Source of the DNA: a virus
Lineage: Duplodnaviria > Caudoviricetes
Reading direction: 5' to 3' (one strand)
IMG/VR virus record: IMGVR_UViG_3300010263_000007
Span: 1 to 25,716 of that record
Length of the DNA: 25,716 nucleotides
The position numbers and the translations under genes were made by a program. Within the stretch, counting starts at the first letter, position 1. The number at the start of each line of letters is the position of its first letter. This document shows positions 14,149 through 24,100 of the stretch, in pieces. Below the pieces are notes generated by a model, which saw only the letters and a program-made list of their open reading frames with translations, made no database searches and was not told the DNA's origin.

Positions 14149-16069
14149 GGCAGTTGACGAAAAATCCAGGACAGTGGAGCTTTCTTTTTCTTCTGAGTTG
14201 CCATATGAAAGGTGGTTTGGCCCGGAAATTCTATCGCACGATGATGGAGCGGTGGATCTTACCAGGCTGCTAGAGGTAGGTTCAGTGCTTTTTAGCCATG
14301 GCCGTGATCCGAATTACGGCAAAATGCCCATCGCGAAAATAGAAAAGGCCTGGATAGACACGGAAGAGCGCAAAGGCAAAGCTCTTATCACCTTCGATGA
14401 TGACGAGGATAGCGACAGAGTATTCCAGAAGGTCAAAAAAGGCATGCTCAAGGGAGTATCTGTCGGGTATTCCGTAAGCAGTTGGGAAGAGGTTGCCGCA
14501 GGGAAAAAGTCGGCAAACGGAAGATTCACTGGACCGGCATATATCGCTATCAAGTGGGAACCCATTGAAATCAGCATCGAACCCACACCGGCAGATCCAT
14601 CAGTAGGTGTGGGAAGGAACACGGATGATGAGGCAGCTCCGGCCGACGGCCGTGCTGATAATAAATCAATTTCCGAGAAGGAGGAAAAGGCTATGGATGA
14701 GGAAAGGAAAGACATTCAGACTCCCGGGGCCGTCGATTCGGCCGAGAGGGGAAAAGCTGCGGGTTCACCAGCAGGTACAAATGAGGAATCTGTACAGAGA
14801 GCTTTAGAAGCTGAGCGGCAGCGCATCAGTGACATAACAGCCATGTGCAGGGACTTTGACGTGGATCCTGATGAATATATCAGGAACGGAACATCTGTTG
14901 ACCAGGTACGCGCTGAAATTCTTGAAAAGATGAAGGAGAGGATGAGGCCCCTCAATGCGGGGGGTTCGGGCGTGAGTGTTGAAAGGGCTGAAGAGGACAA
15001 GATCAGGGAAGCCGCGTCCGACGCTATACTTCTTCGCGCAGGAAAAGCAATTGAGAAGCCTGCGGACGGTGCCAATGATTTCAGGGGAATGAGGCTCCGC
15101 GATCTGGCTGTGGATTGCCTTGTCAGGGCTGGAAGAGCGAATGCTCACAGGCTGGATGATGATACCCTGTTCCGTGAGGCTTTGACTCCTGACAGCCAGT
15201 TCACCAGCATTCTTAACAACACTGTACGTAAGACCATGGCGACTGCTTACCGTGCCGCTCAGACCACATACCAGAGGTGGACAAGCCGCGGAAGCAACCC
15301 GGACTTCAAGGCAGTAACCCACTACCAGATTTCCGAGGCCGGGGACCTTGTTCAGATGACTCAGAGCGGTGAGTTCAAGTTCGACGAGATGAGGGATCAG
15401 GGTGTAAGCAAGGCCATTGCAACATTTGGCCGTTCCTTCGGCATGACACGCCAGGCTCTCATCAACGACGATATTGGTGTACTCACAAGGATCCCCGAGG
15501 CCTACGTGCGGGCCGCCAAGCGCGGAATCAACCGCTTGGTATACCGCATGCTGGGCACCAACCCTGTCATATTTGACGGTCATCCGCTGTTTGCCGCTGT
15601 TCATCGCAACATTGCTGTTGAAGGTGGTAACATTACTGTTCAGACAGTGGGTGCCGGACGCAAGGCAATGCGTACACAGAGGAATCTGCGCGGTGATGAG
15701 ATCCTCAATATCGGTCCGAGGTTCCTGATTGTGCCCGCCGCACGTGAGACCGAGGCTCAGCAATTCCTGTCCAATACCATCGTTCCTACAACCCAGGCTA
15801 ATGTGAATCCGTTTATTGGAACTCTGGAACCTATTGCTGATGCTGAACTCGATGCGCTTGTTCCTGCTGGCAGCTCTGCTCCCTGGTTCCTGGCTGCCGA
15901 TCCCGCCGATGTCGACACCATTGAGGTTACATATCTGAACGGTGACGATATGCCAAAGCTGGAGAGCCAGATCGGCTTTGACTTCCTCGGTATCAAGTGG
16001 AGGATTTACATTGATTACGGTGTAACCGTGCTTGATTTCCGTGGTCTCTACATGAACCCTGGAGCCTAA
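14084..16069 (+). CDS. Prohead protease-scaffold-major capsid protein fusion
   Basis: N-terminal HK97-type protease (LFSH...VSVGY...WEPIEISIEPTPAD.SVG), acidic linker, 'ERQRISDI' scaffold, capsid motifs 'TFGRSFGMTRQALINDD' and 'IDYGV...DFRGLY.NPG'. Confidence 0.92.
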   Translation: MAQPKKPQKGIQEHRTMEAQIRAVDEKSRTVELSFSSELPYERWFGPEILSHDDGAVDLTRLLEVGSVLFSHGRDPNYGKMPIAKIEKAWIDTEERKGKALITFDDDEDSDRVFQKVKKGMLKGVSVGYSVSSWEEVAAGKKSANGRFTGPAYIAIKWEPIEISIEPTPADPSVGVGRNTDDEAAPADGRADNKSISEKEEKAMDEERKDIQTPGAVDSAERGKAAGSPAGTNEESVQRALEAERQRISDITAMCRDFDVDPDEYIRNGTSVDQVRAEILEKMKERMRPLNAGGSGVSVERAEEDKIREAASDAILLRAGKAIEKPADGANDFRGMRLRDLAVDCLVRAGRANAHRLDDDTLFREALTPDSQFTSILNNTVRKTMATAYRAAQTTYQRWTSRGSNPDFKAVTHYQISEAGDLVQMTQSGEFKFDEMRDQGVSKAIATFGRSFGMTRQALINDDIGVLTRIPEAYVRAAKRGINRLVYRMLGTNPVIFDGHPLFAAVHRNIAVEGGNITVQTVGAGRKAMRTQRNLRGDEILNIGPRFLIVPAARETEAQQFLSNTIVPTTQANVNPFIGTLEPIADAELDALVPAGSSAPWFLAADPADVDTIEVTYLNGDDMPKLESQIGFDFLGIKWRIYIDYGVTVLDFRGLYMNPGA

Positions 16070-16091
16070 TCAGATTAGGCTCCTTAATACT
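16061..16091 (+). terminator. Hairpin/terminator after the capsid gene
   Basis: GGAGCCTAAT-CAG-ATTAGGCTCC followed by T-rich sequence. Confidence 0.55.
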
Positions 16092-16114
16092 TTTATTGAG
16101 GAGGATGATTCAGA

Positions 16115-16438
16115 ATGTTTATCCAGGAAGGCAAGACAATTGATTATGCCAATCCCGGTCCGACCCCCATTCAGTACGGCAGCGTGGTAACGTTAAGCAA
16201 TACCAGAATCGGCGTGGCTGGTGAGAATATCCCCGTTGGCGCCACCGGATCGCTGCATGTTTCAGGAGTATTTGAACTGCCGGCGGCCAACAACGTTGCG
16301 TTTACAGTTGGCCAGCAGCTGTACTGGGATCCTGTGGCAGGAGTTCTGACTGACGTAGCCCAGAATAACGTCCCTGCCGGTTGGGCAACCGAACCCAAGG
16401 CCCAGACCGATACTGTTGCAAGAGTGAAGATTGGATAA
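16115..16438 (+). CDS. DUF2190-family capsid cement/decoration protein
   Basis: 'FIQEGKTIDY', 'GVA...I..GATG.L.V.GVFELP', 'G..LYWD', 'G.A.E.K......ARVKI'. Confidence 0.85.
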   Translation: MFIQEGKTIDYANPGPTPIQYGSVVTLSNTRIGVAGENIPVGATGSLHVSGVFELPAANNVAFTVGQQLYWDPVAGVLTDVAQNNVPAGWATEPKAQTDTVARVKIG

Positions 16439-16453
16439 TGGGGAGGGGTTATC

Positions 16454-16810
16454 ATGATCAGGTTGAAGGCCCCCCTGAATTATCGAGGGGTTCTGGTTGA
16501 AAAAGATAGCGTTATCGGATATCTCCCGACAGATCTGCAGGAAAAACTGATCAAATCAGGAGTGGCGGAAATAGTCGACGAAGAAGCAGCAGTCGAAGAA
16601 GCAACAAAAGATAAGCTTGAGATTCCGAGCTACAGTGAGGATATGTCAAGCAAGGAACTGAAGGAACTCATGGGCAAATATGGTTTAGCCTACAAGGTCG
16701 GAATGTCAAAAAGTGAGATGGTGGCTGCATTGAAGGAATACTTCGGAACGGGATCTGGAGAATCCCCCGAAACATCCGAAGATAATGGAGATACACCATC
16801 TGATTCATAA
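16454..16810 (+). CDS. Head-associated protein with helix-extension-helix (Rho-N/SAP-like) domain
   Basis: 'YSEDMSSKELKELMGKYGL.YKVGMSKSEMVAAL'; located in the head module. Confidence 0.65.
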   Translation: MIRLKAPLNYRGVLVEKDSVIGYLPTDLQEKLIKSGVAEIVDEEAAVEEATKDKLEIPSYSEDMSSKELKELMGKYGLAYKVGMSKSEMVAALKEYFGTGSGESPETSEDNGDTPSDS

Positions 16811-16828
16811 AGCCGAGGATTCAAAGTC

Positions 16829-17185
16829 ATGAGCGGGTTCAAAGATATGGTAGAAGCTGATATCAATAAGGTGTTTATCAACACATCGGAGTTTGCCGAG
16901 GCATATACCGTTATCTATGACGGTGTAACATACGAAAATATTCCGATTGTGCTATCAGGCATAAGCGAAAAGGATAGGCACCAACTTGTATCAGACCATG
17001 TCCAGGGATTATTCTTGGCTACTACTGAAATGTATGTTGCTGCGTCCGACCTTGGCGGGGTGGTTCCCAAAAAAGGGACAAAGATCAGAATCATTGACGG
17101 GGATACTTGCCGTACGTTTTATGTTGGGTCCTCTATCAACGAGATGGGCGTGATCCGCTTGGAGTTGGAGGTGCTTGATGAATGA
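16829..17185 (+). CDS. Head-tail attachment protein (gpFII/Gifsy-2-like)
   Basis: 'FKDMVEADI..VF.N..EFAE', C-terminal 'EMG.I.LELE'; synteny. Confidence 0.75.
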   Translation: MSGFKDMVEADINKVFINTSEFAEAYTVIYDGVTYENIPIVLSGISEKDRHQLVSDHVQGLFLATTEMYVAASDLGGVVPKKGTKIRIIDGDTCRTFYVGSSINEMGVIRLELEVLDE

Positions 17186-17757
17186 GTACCGTATATTTTG
17201 ACGAGATCGGCGAGTATAAACTCGACCGAGTTACAAAGCTGCTGGCAGGTATCCCCGGCGGCGTCTATAAGGCTGTTGGCAGCGCCATAAAGCGTGCGGC
17301 ACAGCATGGCCTGACGTTGGGTATGCGGATTGTTTCCGAGGAGTATGCTATCGGGCAGAGTGAGCTAAAACGGCGTACAAAACACATTAATACAATCGTC
17401 CGGGATAATGCAGGCTCTTACGAGGTAACCTTCGGCTACCGAGGCAATGTTATTCCACTGATCAAATACGATACGCGTGTGAATCGGTCCGGGCGAGTAT
17501 ATACCAGGGTTTTAAGGCAAAATGCTCGGCAGGCTCTCGAACATGCATTTATAGCAAGAGTTGGCTCGCATATGGGAGTATTTGAACGTGAAACTGACGC
17601 GCGGTTTCCTATTAGGGAACTGTTTGGTCCGTCATCTGTCCAGGCATTCTACGCTCGTGAGGAAACAGTTGATAAAATGGATGAAGCCATCCGCAGAAAG
17701 TATGGAGAGCGCATCGAACATGAAATTCTTCGCGTGCTCAATGGATGGGGGGGATAA
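17182..17757 (+). CDS. Minor tail/neck protein, lambda gpZ-like
   Basis: 'A..RAA......G.R.V.EEY', 'AFIA....H.GVFER....RFPI.ELFGPS'. Confidence 0.8.
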   Translation: MSTVYFDEIGEYKLDRVTKLLAGIPGGVYKAVGSAIKRAAQHGLTLGMRIVSEEYAIGQSELKRRTKHINTIVRDNAGSYEVTFGYRGNVIPLIKYDTRVNRSGRVYTRVLRQNARQALEHAFIARVGSHMGVFERETDARFPIRELFGPSSVQAFYAREETVDKMDEAIRRKYGERIEHEILRVLNGWGG

Positions 17758-17760
17758 GCC

Positions 17761-18246
17761 ATAAATAGGTTAATCCTACTTGATCAGTTCTGTACTTTTA
17801 CCAGACATGTTGTAGGCGACATAATCATGCCAGTCAGTAAGCAAAGGGATAGTGCAGAACCAGAAAATAGAGCTGCTGAAGTTTGGCCAATGCGTCTGCC
17901 GGATAGCAATGCGGCTAAAAAAAAAGCGCCATATATCATCCACCAATTGATCAATGGTAAGGACATTCAACCAGAGGGTGAAACTTTATCTTCTTCGGCT
18001 GTTATTCGGTCTATTTTTTGTGTCTATAACGATAACGAGTCAGAAGGAGCGCTCATGCTTGTCAACCTTATGGAGCGGCTACGTATTGCCATATTGAAGC
18101 AGGTAATCATCGGTAGGCGATTCCAGCTTGACCTAAAAGCAGGAGTGGAAACACTTATATATCCCGATGATACTGCTCCATATTACGCCGGGGAAATGAT
18201 CACAACATGGATTCTCCCGGCAGTAGAAAGGGAGGTGTTAATTTGA
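17761..18246 (+). CDS. Probable tail-completion protein; apparent ATA start
   Basis: In-frame ATA at 17761 has a GGGGGA RBS at normal spacing; ATG 17827 has no clear RBS; synteny between gpZ-like gene and sheath. Confidence 0.65.
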   Translation: MNRLILLDQFCTFTRHVVGDIIMPVSKQRDSAEPENRAAEVWPMRLPDSNAAKKKAPYIIHQLINGKDIQPEGETLSSSAVIRSIFCVYNDNESEGALMLVNLMERLRIAILKQVIIGRRFQLDLKAGVETLIYPDDTAPYYAGEMITTWILPAVEREVLI

Positions 18247-18587
18247 GCACAAAGAAAAGCAAAACACAGGTGGCTGACTTGGATGCAACAGTAGTTGATA
18301 CTGAAATTGCAACCGAGAAGAAAAACCCCTCACCTAAGAAATCCGCCGGGAAAACCGACGGATTTTGTGTTTATATCGGGCCGAGTATTCGTGGTGTGAT
18401 CCAATCCGGAACGATCTATGGCGGCTCACTGGAAGAGACAATAAAGAAGCTCTCTCCCATCATTGAAAAGTACCCGCTGATCGCGAAGCTGATCTCAACC
18501 CATCAAACAATTGCGGAGGATCGTATCAAAGTCAAAACAGCCGGAAACCTGCTGAATGTATATTACAGGCAGTTAGCCGGTAAATAA
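18243..18587 (+). CDS. Hypothetical tail-region protein upstream of sheath
   Basis: GGAGGTG RBS upstream of TTG 18243; 'VYIGPSI.G.I..GTIY' motif. Confidence 0.75.
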   Translation: MSTKKSKTQVADLDATVVDTEIATEKKNPSPKKSAGKTDGFCVYIGPSIRGVIQSGTIYGGSLEETIKKLSPIIEKYPLIAKLISTHQTIAEDRIKVKTAGNLLNVYYRQLAGK

Positions 18588-18601
18588 GGAGGAATGTGAA
18601 T

Positions 18602-20023
18602 ATGGCGAATCATGGTGTTTATATTTCCGAACAGGCCACCAGTCTTGGTAGTGCTCCTATTGGTGTTAAGTCCGGTATTCCTTTCGTCATCGGTACGGCG
18701 CCGATTCAAAGTGCGGAATTGCCGGCAAAAGTCGGTGTGCCGGTTCTGTGTACAAGCTTTGATGAAGCAAAAAAGAAGCTTGGTTATTCGGACGATTGGA
18801 AGAATTATTCCCTTTGTGAGTTTATGTATTCACATTACGTCCTTTTCGGGATGCAGCCTGTCATATTTGTCAACTTGCTCGATCCGGAAAAGATGAATGA
18901 AACTGTCGCAGCAGCCGACAAAGATGTCGTGAACCACAAGATCGCGCTGCCGATTGAAGTCATCAATGATGACAACTTGGTTGTCAAACCTGCTGGCGGA
19001 ACTGGTGATGCATATGAGAAGGATAAAGACTACGCAGTATACTACACGGATGGTAATTGTTACATTGAGCTTCTGCCTGACGGAGCGGCTTACAGCGCTA
19101 CATCCCTGAACGTAGCATATAAGCAGGTCACTCCAGCAAGCGTAAATGCCGCAGCTGTCGCTACCGGAATGGAAGCGATTGAGCAGTGCATGGCCGTTGT
19201 GGGCATCGTTCCAGACCTCATATGTGCACCCGGTTTTTCGGATGATGTGGCAGTTGCTGCTGTTATGGCTACAAAAGCCGCTGGGATTAATGGAATGTTC
19301 AAAGCCAAGGCTCTGATCGATATCAGCACTGTCGCAGCAGATGATTACAGTAAGGTAATTGCTACTAAAAACTCCAACAACTTTATCGATGAAAACCAGA
19401 TTCCTTGTTGGCCGTTACTCAAACTCGGCGGCAGGGTATTCCACATGTCCACACAGCTTGCAGGCCTAATGTCATCCGTTGACGCCGGAAATGATGGATG
19501 CCCGTATGAGAGCCCTTCGAACAAAGCTTTTAAGTGTGACTCAATGGTATTAGGGTCCGGTGAGGAAGTCATCCTTACCTTACAACAGGCCAATATTCTG
19601 AATGCTGGTGGTGTTGTTACTGCATTGAACTTCATGGGCAGCATTGTATGCTGGGGCAACTATACGGCTTGCTATCCGGGGAACACGGATGTGAAGGACT
19701 ATTTCATTCCCGTTGCCAGAATGTTTGATTGGGTTGCTAACACCCTGATCAACACTTACTGGAGCAAGCTGGACAAACCGATGAATCGCAGGCTTATTGA
19801 CACGATCATCGACAGTTGCAATATTTGGCTCAATGGCCTGGTTGGCGCCGGATATCTGCTTGGTGCTCGGGTTGAGTTCAGAGAGTCAGAGAACCCTCTT
19901 GCCGATTTGATGGCCGGTATTATCCGGACTCACATCTATATGACCCCGCCCAGCCCGGCACAGGAAATTGACTTCGTACTTGAGTATGATGCCAACTATG
20001 TGTCGTCAGCGCTACAAGGTTAA
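18602..20023 (+). CDS. Contractile tail sheath protein
   Basis: 'HGVYISEQAT', 'IGTAP', 'PDLICAPGFS', 'ESPSNK', 'WGNYTA', 'PPSPAQEIDF..EYD'. Confidence 0.93.
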   Translation: MANHGVYISEQATSLGSAPIGVKSGIPFVIGTAPIQSAELPAKVGVPVLCTSFDEAKKKLGYSDDWKNYSLCEFMYSHYVLFGMQPVIFVNLLDPEKMNETVAAADKDVVNHKIALPIEVINDDNLVVKPAGGTGDAYEKDKDYAVYYTDGNCYIELLPDGAAYSATSLNVAYKQVTPASVNAAAVATGMEAIEQCMAVVGIVPDLICAPGFSDDVAVAAVMATKAAGINGMFKAKALIDISTVAADDYSKVIATKNSNNFIDENQIPCWPLLKLGGRVFHMSTQLAGLMSSVDAGNDGCPYESPSNKAFKCDSMVLGSGEEVILTLQQANILNAGGVVTALNFMGSIVCWGNYTACYPGNTDVKDYFIPVARMFDWVANTLINTYWSKLDKPMNRRLIDTIIDSCNIWLNGLVGAGYLLGARVEFRESENPLADLMAGIIRTHIYMTPPSPAQEIDFVLEYDANYVSSALQG

Positions 20024-20041
20024 GGAAGGAGGAAAGGTCAG

Positions 20042-20560
20042 ATGCCTAAATTCGACGAAAGCATAATCAATTTTGCTGTTTATGAAGATGGTGTGGAGTA
20101 TTTGGGCATAGCGAGAGCTACTCTGCCTGATCTCACCGCGCTCACGCAGTCAATATCAGGCGCCGGAATTGCCGGAAATGTTGAGGCCGTCATCCTTGGC
20201 CATTTTGAAGCCATGACGCTTACCCTGAACTTCCGGTCAACGACCGAACAGACAATCAAACTGTCTGAACCTCGGCGGCATAACATAGATTTGCGTGTTG
20301 CCCAGCAGGTAGAGGACACAGTGGCGGGAACCGTGGGTGTTAAATCGCAGAAACACATCTTAGTAGTTATTCCGAAGAAGGACGGCGGAGGTTCCGTTGC
20401 CCCTGCTTCTCCGGCTGATGCATCAGGTGAGTATGCCGTACGTTACTGGGCAACATACATCGATGGCAAAAAAGTTCGAGAAATCGACCCTCTCAACAAC
20501 ATTTGCTTCTTCAATGGTGTTGACTACCTGGCAGACGTCAAAAAGGCGCTTGGCAAATAA
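20042..20560 (+). CDS. Tail tube protein (P2 FII-like)
   Basis: 'INFAVY.DG..YLG.A..TLPD', 'GAGIAG', 'IDGK...EIDPLN.I...NGVDYLADV.KALG'. Confidence 0.92.
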   Translation: MPKFDESIINFAVYEDGVEYLGIARATLPDLTALTQSISGAGIAGNVEAVILGHFEAMTLTLNFRSTTEQTIKLSEPRRHNIDLRVAQQVEDTVAGTVGVKSQKHILVVIPKKDGGGSVAPASPADASGEYAVRYWATYIDGKKVREIDPLNNICFFNGVDYLADVKKALGK

Positions 20561-20567
20561 TCATGCA

Positions 20568-20597
20568 TCCCGGGACGGTGACATGCTGTCCCGGGTA
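20568..20597 (+). other. Intergenic hairpin after the tube gene
   Basis: CCCGGGACGG-TGACATG-CTGTCCCGGG. Confidence 0.55.
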
Positions 20598-20624
20598 TTC
20601 AGACATTGGAAAGGAGATATAGCC

Positions 20625-20999
20625 ATGAGTAATGAAACCATGAACCCCATAATTGATGATGAAGAATTCGCTGCGGCTCAAAAAGCAGCAGAAGAAAGCG
20701 ATTACATTTATACTCACAAATTCAAGAAGCCGTTTGAATACCAGGGTAAGACCTACAATGAACTTACATTTGACTGGGGAAAGTTGACCGGTAAAGATGG
20801 CCTGGCTATTGAGAATGAGCTCCAGCAATTGGGTAAGCCCGTCATTGTGCCACAGTTCTCAGGGGAATACCTGGTACGCCTTGCAGCTCGGGCTTGCACC
20901 GTGCCTATTGGCTCAGATGCATTTGAAACAATGAAACTGGCTGATTATAACAAGATTCGGAGTGCTGCGAGGTCTTTTTTGCTAAAGTCGGAGTTGTGA
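20625..20999 (+). CDS. Tail assembly chaperone (P2 gpE-like)
   Basis: AAGGAG RBS upstream of ATG 20625; 'PFEYQGK.Y.EL.FD..KLTG.D...IE', 'DYNKI....RSFL'. Confidence 0.85.
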   Translation: MSNETMNPIIDDEEFAAAQKAAEESDYIYTHKFKKPFEYQGKTYNELTFDWGKLTGKDGLAIENELQQLGKPVIVPQFSGEYLVRLAARACTVPIGSDAFETMKLADYNKIRSAARSFLLKSEL

Positions 21000-21154
21000 T
21001 TGGTGACGGAGGGACCTGGCTCCGGCGCCAATGCCTGATCTTGGCCAAGGCAAACTGTACACCAGTTCCTTTTTGGCTTTCTCTTCCACTATGGGAGCTA
21101 TCAGCCTGGATCAGGGATCACAATCATCTAGTGTATGAAGAAAAAGCCAAATAA
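20975..21154 (+). CDS. -1 frameshift extension of the tail chaperone (E+E'-like)
   Basis: Slippery T TTT TTG at 20975-20981; the -1 frame is open to TAA 21154 and reads ...TPVPFWLSLPLWELSAWI... Confidence 0.8.
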   Translation, partial: FFAKVGVVIGDGGTWLRRQCLILAKANCTPVPFWLSLPLWELSAWIRDHNHLVYEEKAK

Positions 21155-21176
21155 TAAAGAGAAAGGAGGGCCTTCC

Positions 21177-24100
21177 ATGGCAAGCAGGAAAGAATATGAG
21201 ATGCTGTTTCAGTTAAATGCTCAATTAGGAAGCAGTTACCATAGTACCTTTAGGAGTGCTATGGGATCTATTGCTTCCATGCAGCAGGAACTTCAGGCCC
21301 TCAACAAAACACAATCCGATATTGCAGCATACCAGAAGCAGCAGAATGCTGTCGAGGCAACCAGAAAGAGACTGGAAGTACTTCAGCAACAGTATGACAA
21401 TATACAGCAGGAAATAGACGAGACCGGCACATTTTCTGCAACTCTTGAGAACCGGCTTCTTTCAAAACAGCTTCAGATAGACAAAACTTCTGCATCTCTT
21501 TCTAATCAGATCTCCAAGCTGGAGCAGATGCGTAACGCCTTGAGAGAAGCAGGAATTAATACTGAAGATCTCAGTGGGGAAACGGAAAAACTCACCAGCA
21601 AGATTGATGAGCTGCGTCAGAAGCAAGAAGAGGTTGCGGACGAAGCCCGGAACTATGGCGCAGTAGCCTCTGCTGCTTTTGGAGCTGTTCAACAAGCAAT
21701 TGCTGCCGCGGGAATCGTAACAGTACTCAAAGAGATCAAAGATCTGTATAGTGAGGCTATTGAAGCCTCTATCTCATTCGAGTCTGCCATGACAGGCGTG
21801 GCCAAGACTACTGACCTGACAGATGAGGAACTGGCGGCAATGGGTGAAGAGATCAAAGCGCTCACGCTTAATATCCCAATTGTAGCTGAAGAGTTGGCCG
21901 GGATTGGAGAAGTGGCTGGGCAGCTCGGTATTGCAAAAGAAAACCTGCTGGATTTTTCTACTGTTATGGCGATGCTTTCGACGGCTACGACCATGACGGC
22001 CGAGGAAAGCGCAACAATGCTTGCTCAGTTTGCGAATATTACGCAGATGGATCCATCGTATTATTCCAACCTGGCAAGCGCTATTGTTGATCTCGGGAAT
22101 AACTTTGCAACGACTGAACAGAAAATCATAGAAATGGCACAGGGCATTGCCGCCAGTGCATCTCTCGCTGGTATGAGTGAAGCTGACATGTTGGCTCTTT
22201 CAGCCGCCGTCACATCTCTCGGTATCGAAACACAGGCTGGTTCAACTTCAATGTCAAAGCTTATCTCTGAGCTTATGAAAGCCGTAGAAACCGGTGAAAA
22301 GCTCGACGAATTTGCGAGCATCGCAAATATGACGGCTAATGAGTTCTCAGAGGTCTGGGGCAGAAATGCAGTAGAGGCTTTACAGGCTTTTGTACTGGGT
22401 TTGGCCGATACAGAAAGGACCGGAAAGAGCGCAATAGTCATCCTGGAAGAGCTTGGCATCACAGAATCCCGCATGCAGCGCATGATATTGTCGCTTGCAA
22501 ATTCAGGAGATATGATGAATCGTACCCTTAATACTGCTTCCAGAGCATGGGCAGAAAATACGGCGCTTGCGGCAGAAGCAGAGAAAAGATATGCTACGAC
22601 TCAAAGCCAGCTCATAATGATGCAAAATGCTTATAATAATCTAAAAATTGCCATAGGGGATAATTTCACACCTGTCCTGCGAGAGCTGTATAGTGCAGCA
22701 ACGGATATCTTGACAGGAATAACTGAATTTGTCCAGCAGAATCCGAAACTGGTCAAAACCATTACAGCATTTATTGGAGTAATCGGAACAGCCACAGCCG
22801 GAATTACTGCATATGTGGCAATTACAAAGGTTGCTGCTGCCGTATCTGCTGCATTTACCGCGACTATACCTGGTGTCGGTTTTATAATGGGTGCTGTTAC
22901 CGGCCTTGCAGCATTGACAGCCAGTATTGCTGCTTTTGTCGGAGAGGCCGAAGATGCAAAAAGAGAGATCCAGGCACTTACAGCAGCCTCTCGGGAACAG
23001 TATTACCAGCTGGAAGAAATGCGCCGGGAGTATGAGAAAGTCTGCGCAACAATGGGAGAGACCTCTGCGGAAGCTCAGCTGCTCAAGAGAAAGCTTGACG
23101 AAGCAGAGGATGCCTTTGAAGCCAACAAGTTGACAGCAGAGGAATTTGCAGCAGCCCAGCAGGAAGTTATTGATGCCCACAATGAGCTCATGGCCGCGTA
23201 TGAAGAAACGGTTGTCAGCCTGGATGACCAGGCGACTAGTGTTACCAACCTCATGAATAAGCTCGAAGAGCTAATGGCTGTTGAGGGCAAATCTGCTGCC
23301 GTGAAACAGGAGATCCTTACGATTGTGGACATGCTCAATGAGGCCATGCCAGAGCTTGGTCTCGCATATGACCAGTATGCAGACTCTCTAAACATGTCGG
23401 CCGATGCCATACGCGCCCTTGTTGAAGCTGAGATTGCCCGTGAGCAAAATGCGGCGAAGTATGAGCAGCTAAAGAAGTTCATCGCAGAAGAAGGCAAGCT
23501 GTATGATAACCTGCAGCGCGCCATGGCAGAGACAGCGGCAGCTGAACGTGAACTGGCTGATACAAAAGCGAAAAAAGCTGAAATAGAAAAAGAACTCGAT
23601 GCAGCTTTGAAAGAAGGTAGAATTAGCCTTAGTGATTATGGCCGTGCCCTTGCGCCCTACCAGGCCGCTGTGAATGAAGCGGCAGAAGTCGTCAAAGAAG
23701 CTGCTGAAGCTGAGAGAATTGCACAAGAAGCATATGATGAAAACCAGGCTGTGATCAAAGAACTGACCGAGGCCATGGCTGGATATACAGAACAGGTGGC
23801 CAATAGCGGCGGAGAAATAAGAAATGTTATCACTGGCATAACTGGTAAGATGGAAGAATTGGCCGCAGAATATGAAAAGACATATGATGCCGCGCTGGAT
23901 AGTGTATCTGGCCAATATAAGCTATGGGATAAGGCATCTGAAGTAGTTGCCACTGCCGCGTGGAAAATAAACGATGCAATGGAAAGCCAGGTCAAATACT
24001 GGCAGGATTATAATAAGAACTTGGCCAGTTTGAGAGAACGCAGTGCTGACATAGAAGGCCTTGCTGATATGATTGCGTCTTTTGCAGATGGCAGCGAGAG

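Noticed and set aside
14804-15763. 319-aa antisense ORF (and other long antisense ORFs in DUF3102, portal and tape measure genes)
   Set aside because: Shadow frames of strongly coding genes, with no RBS or recognisable motifs.
20397-20624. Longer N-terminus for the tail chaperone
   Set aside because: Overlaps the tube gene and an intergenic hairpin; a clear RBS marks ATG 20625.
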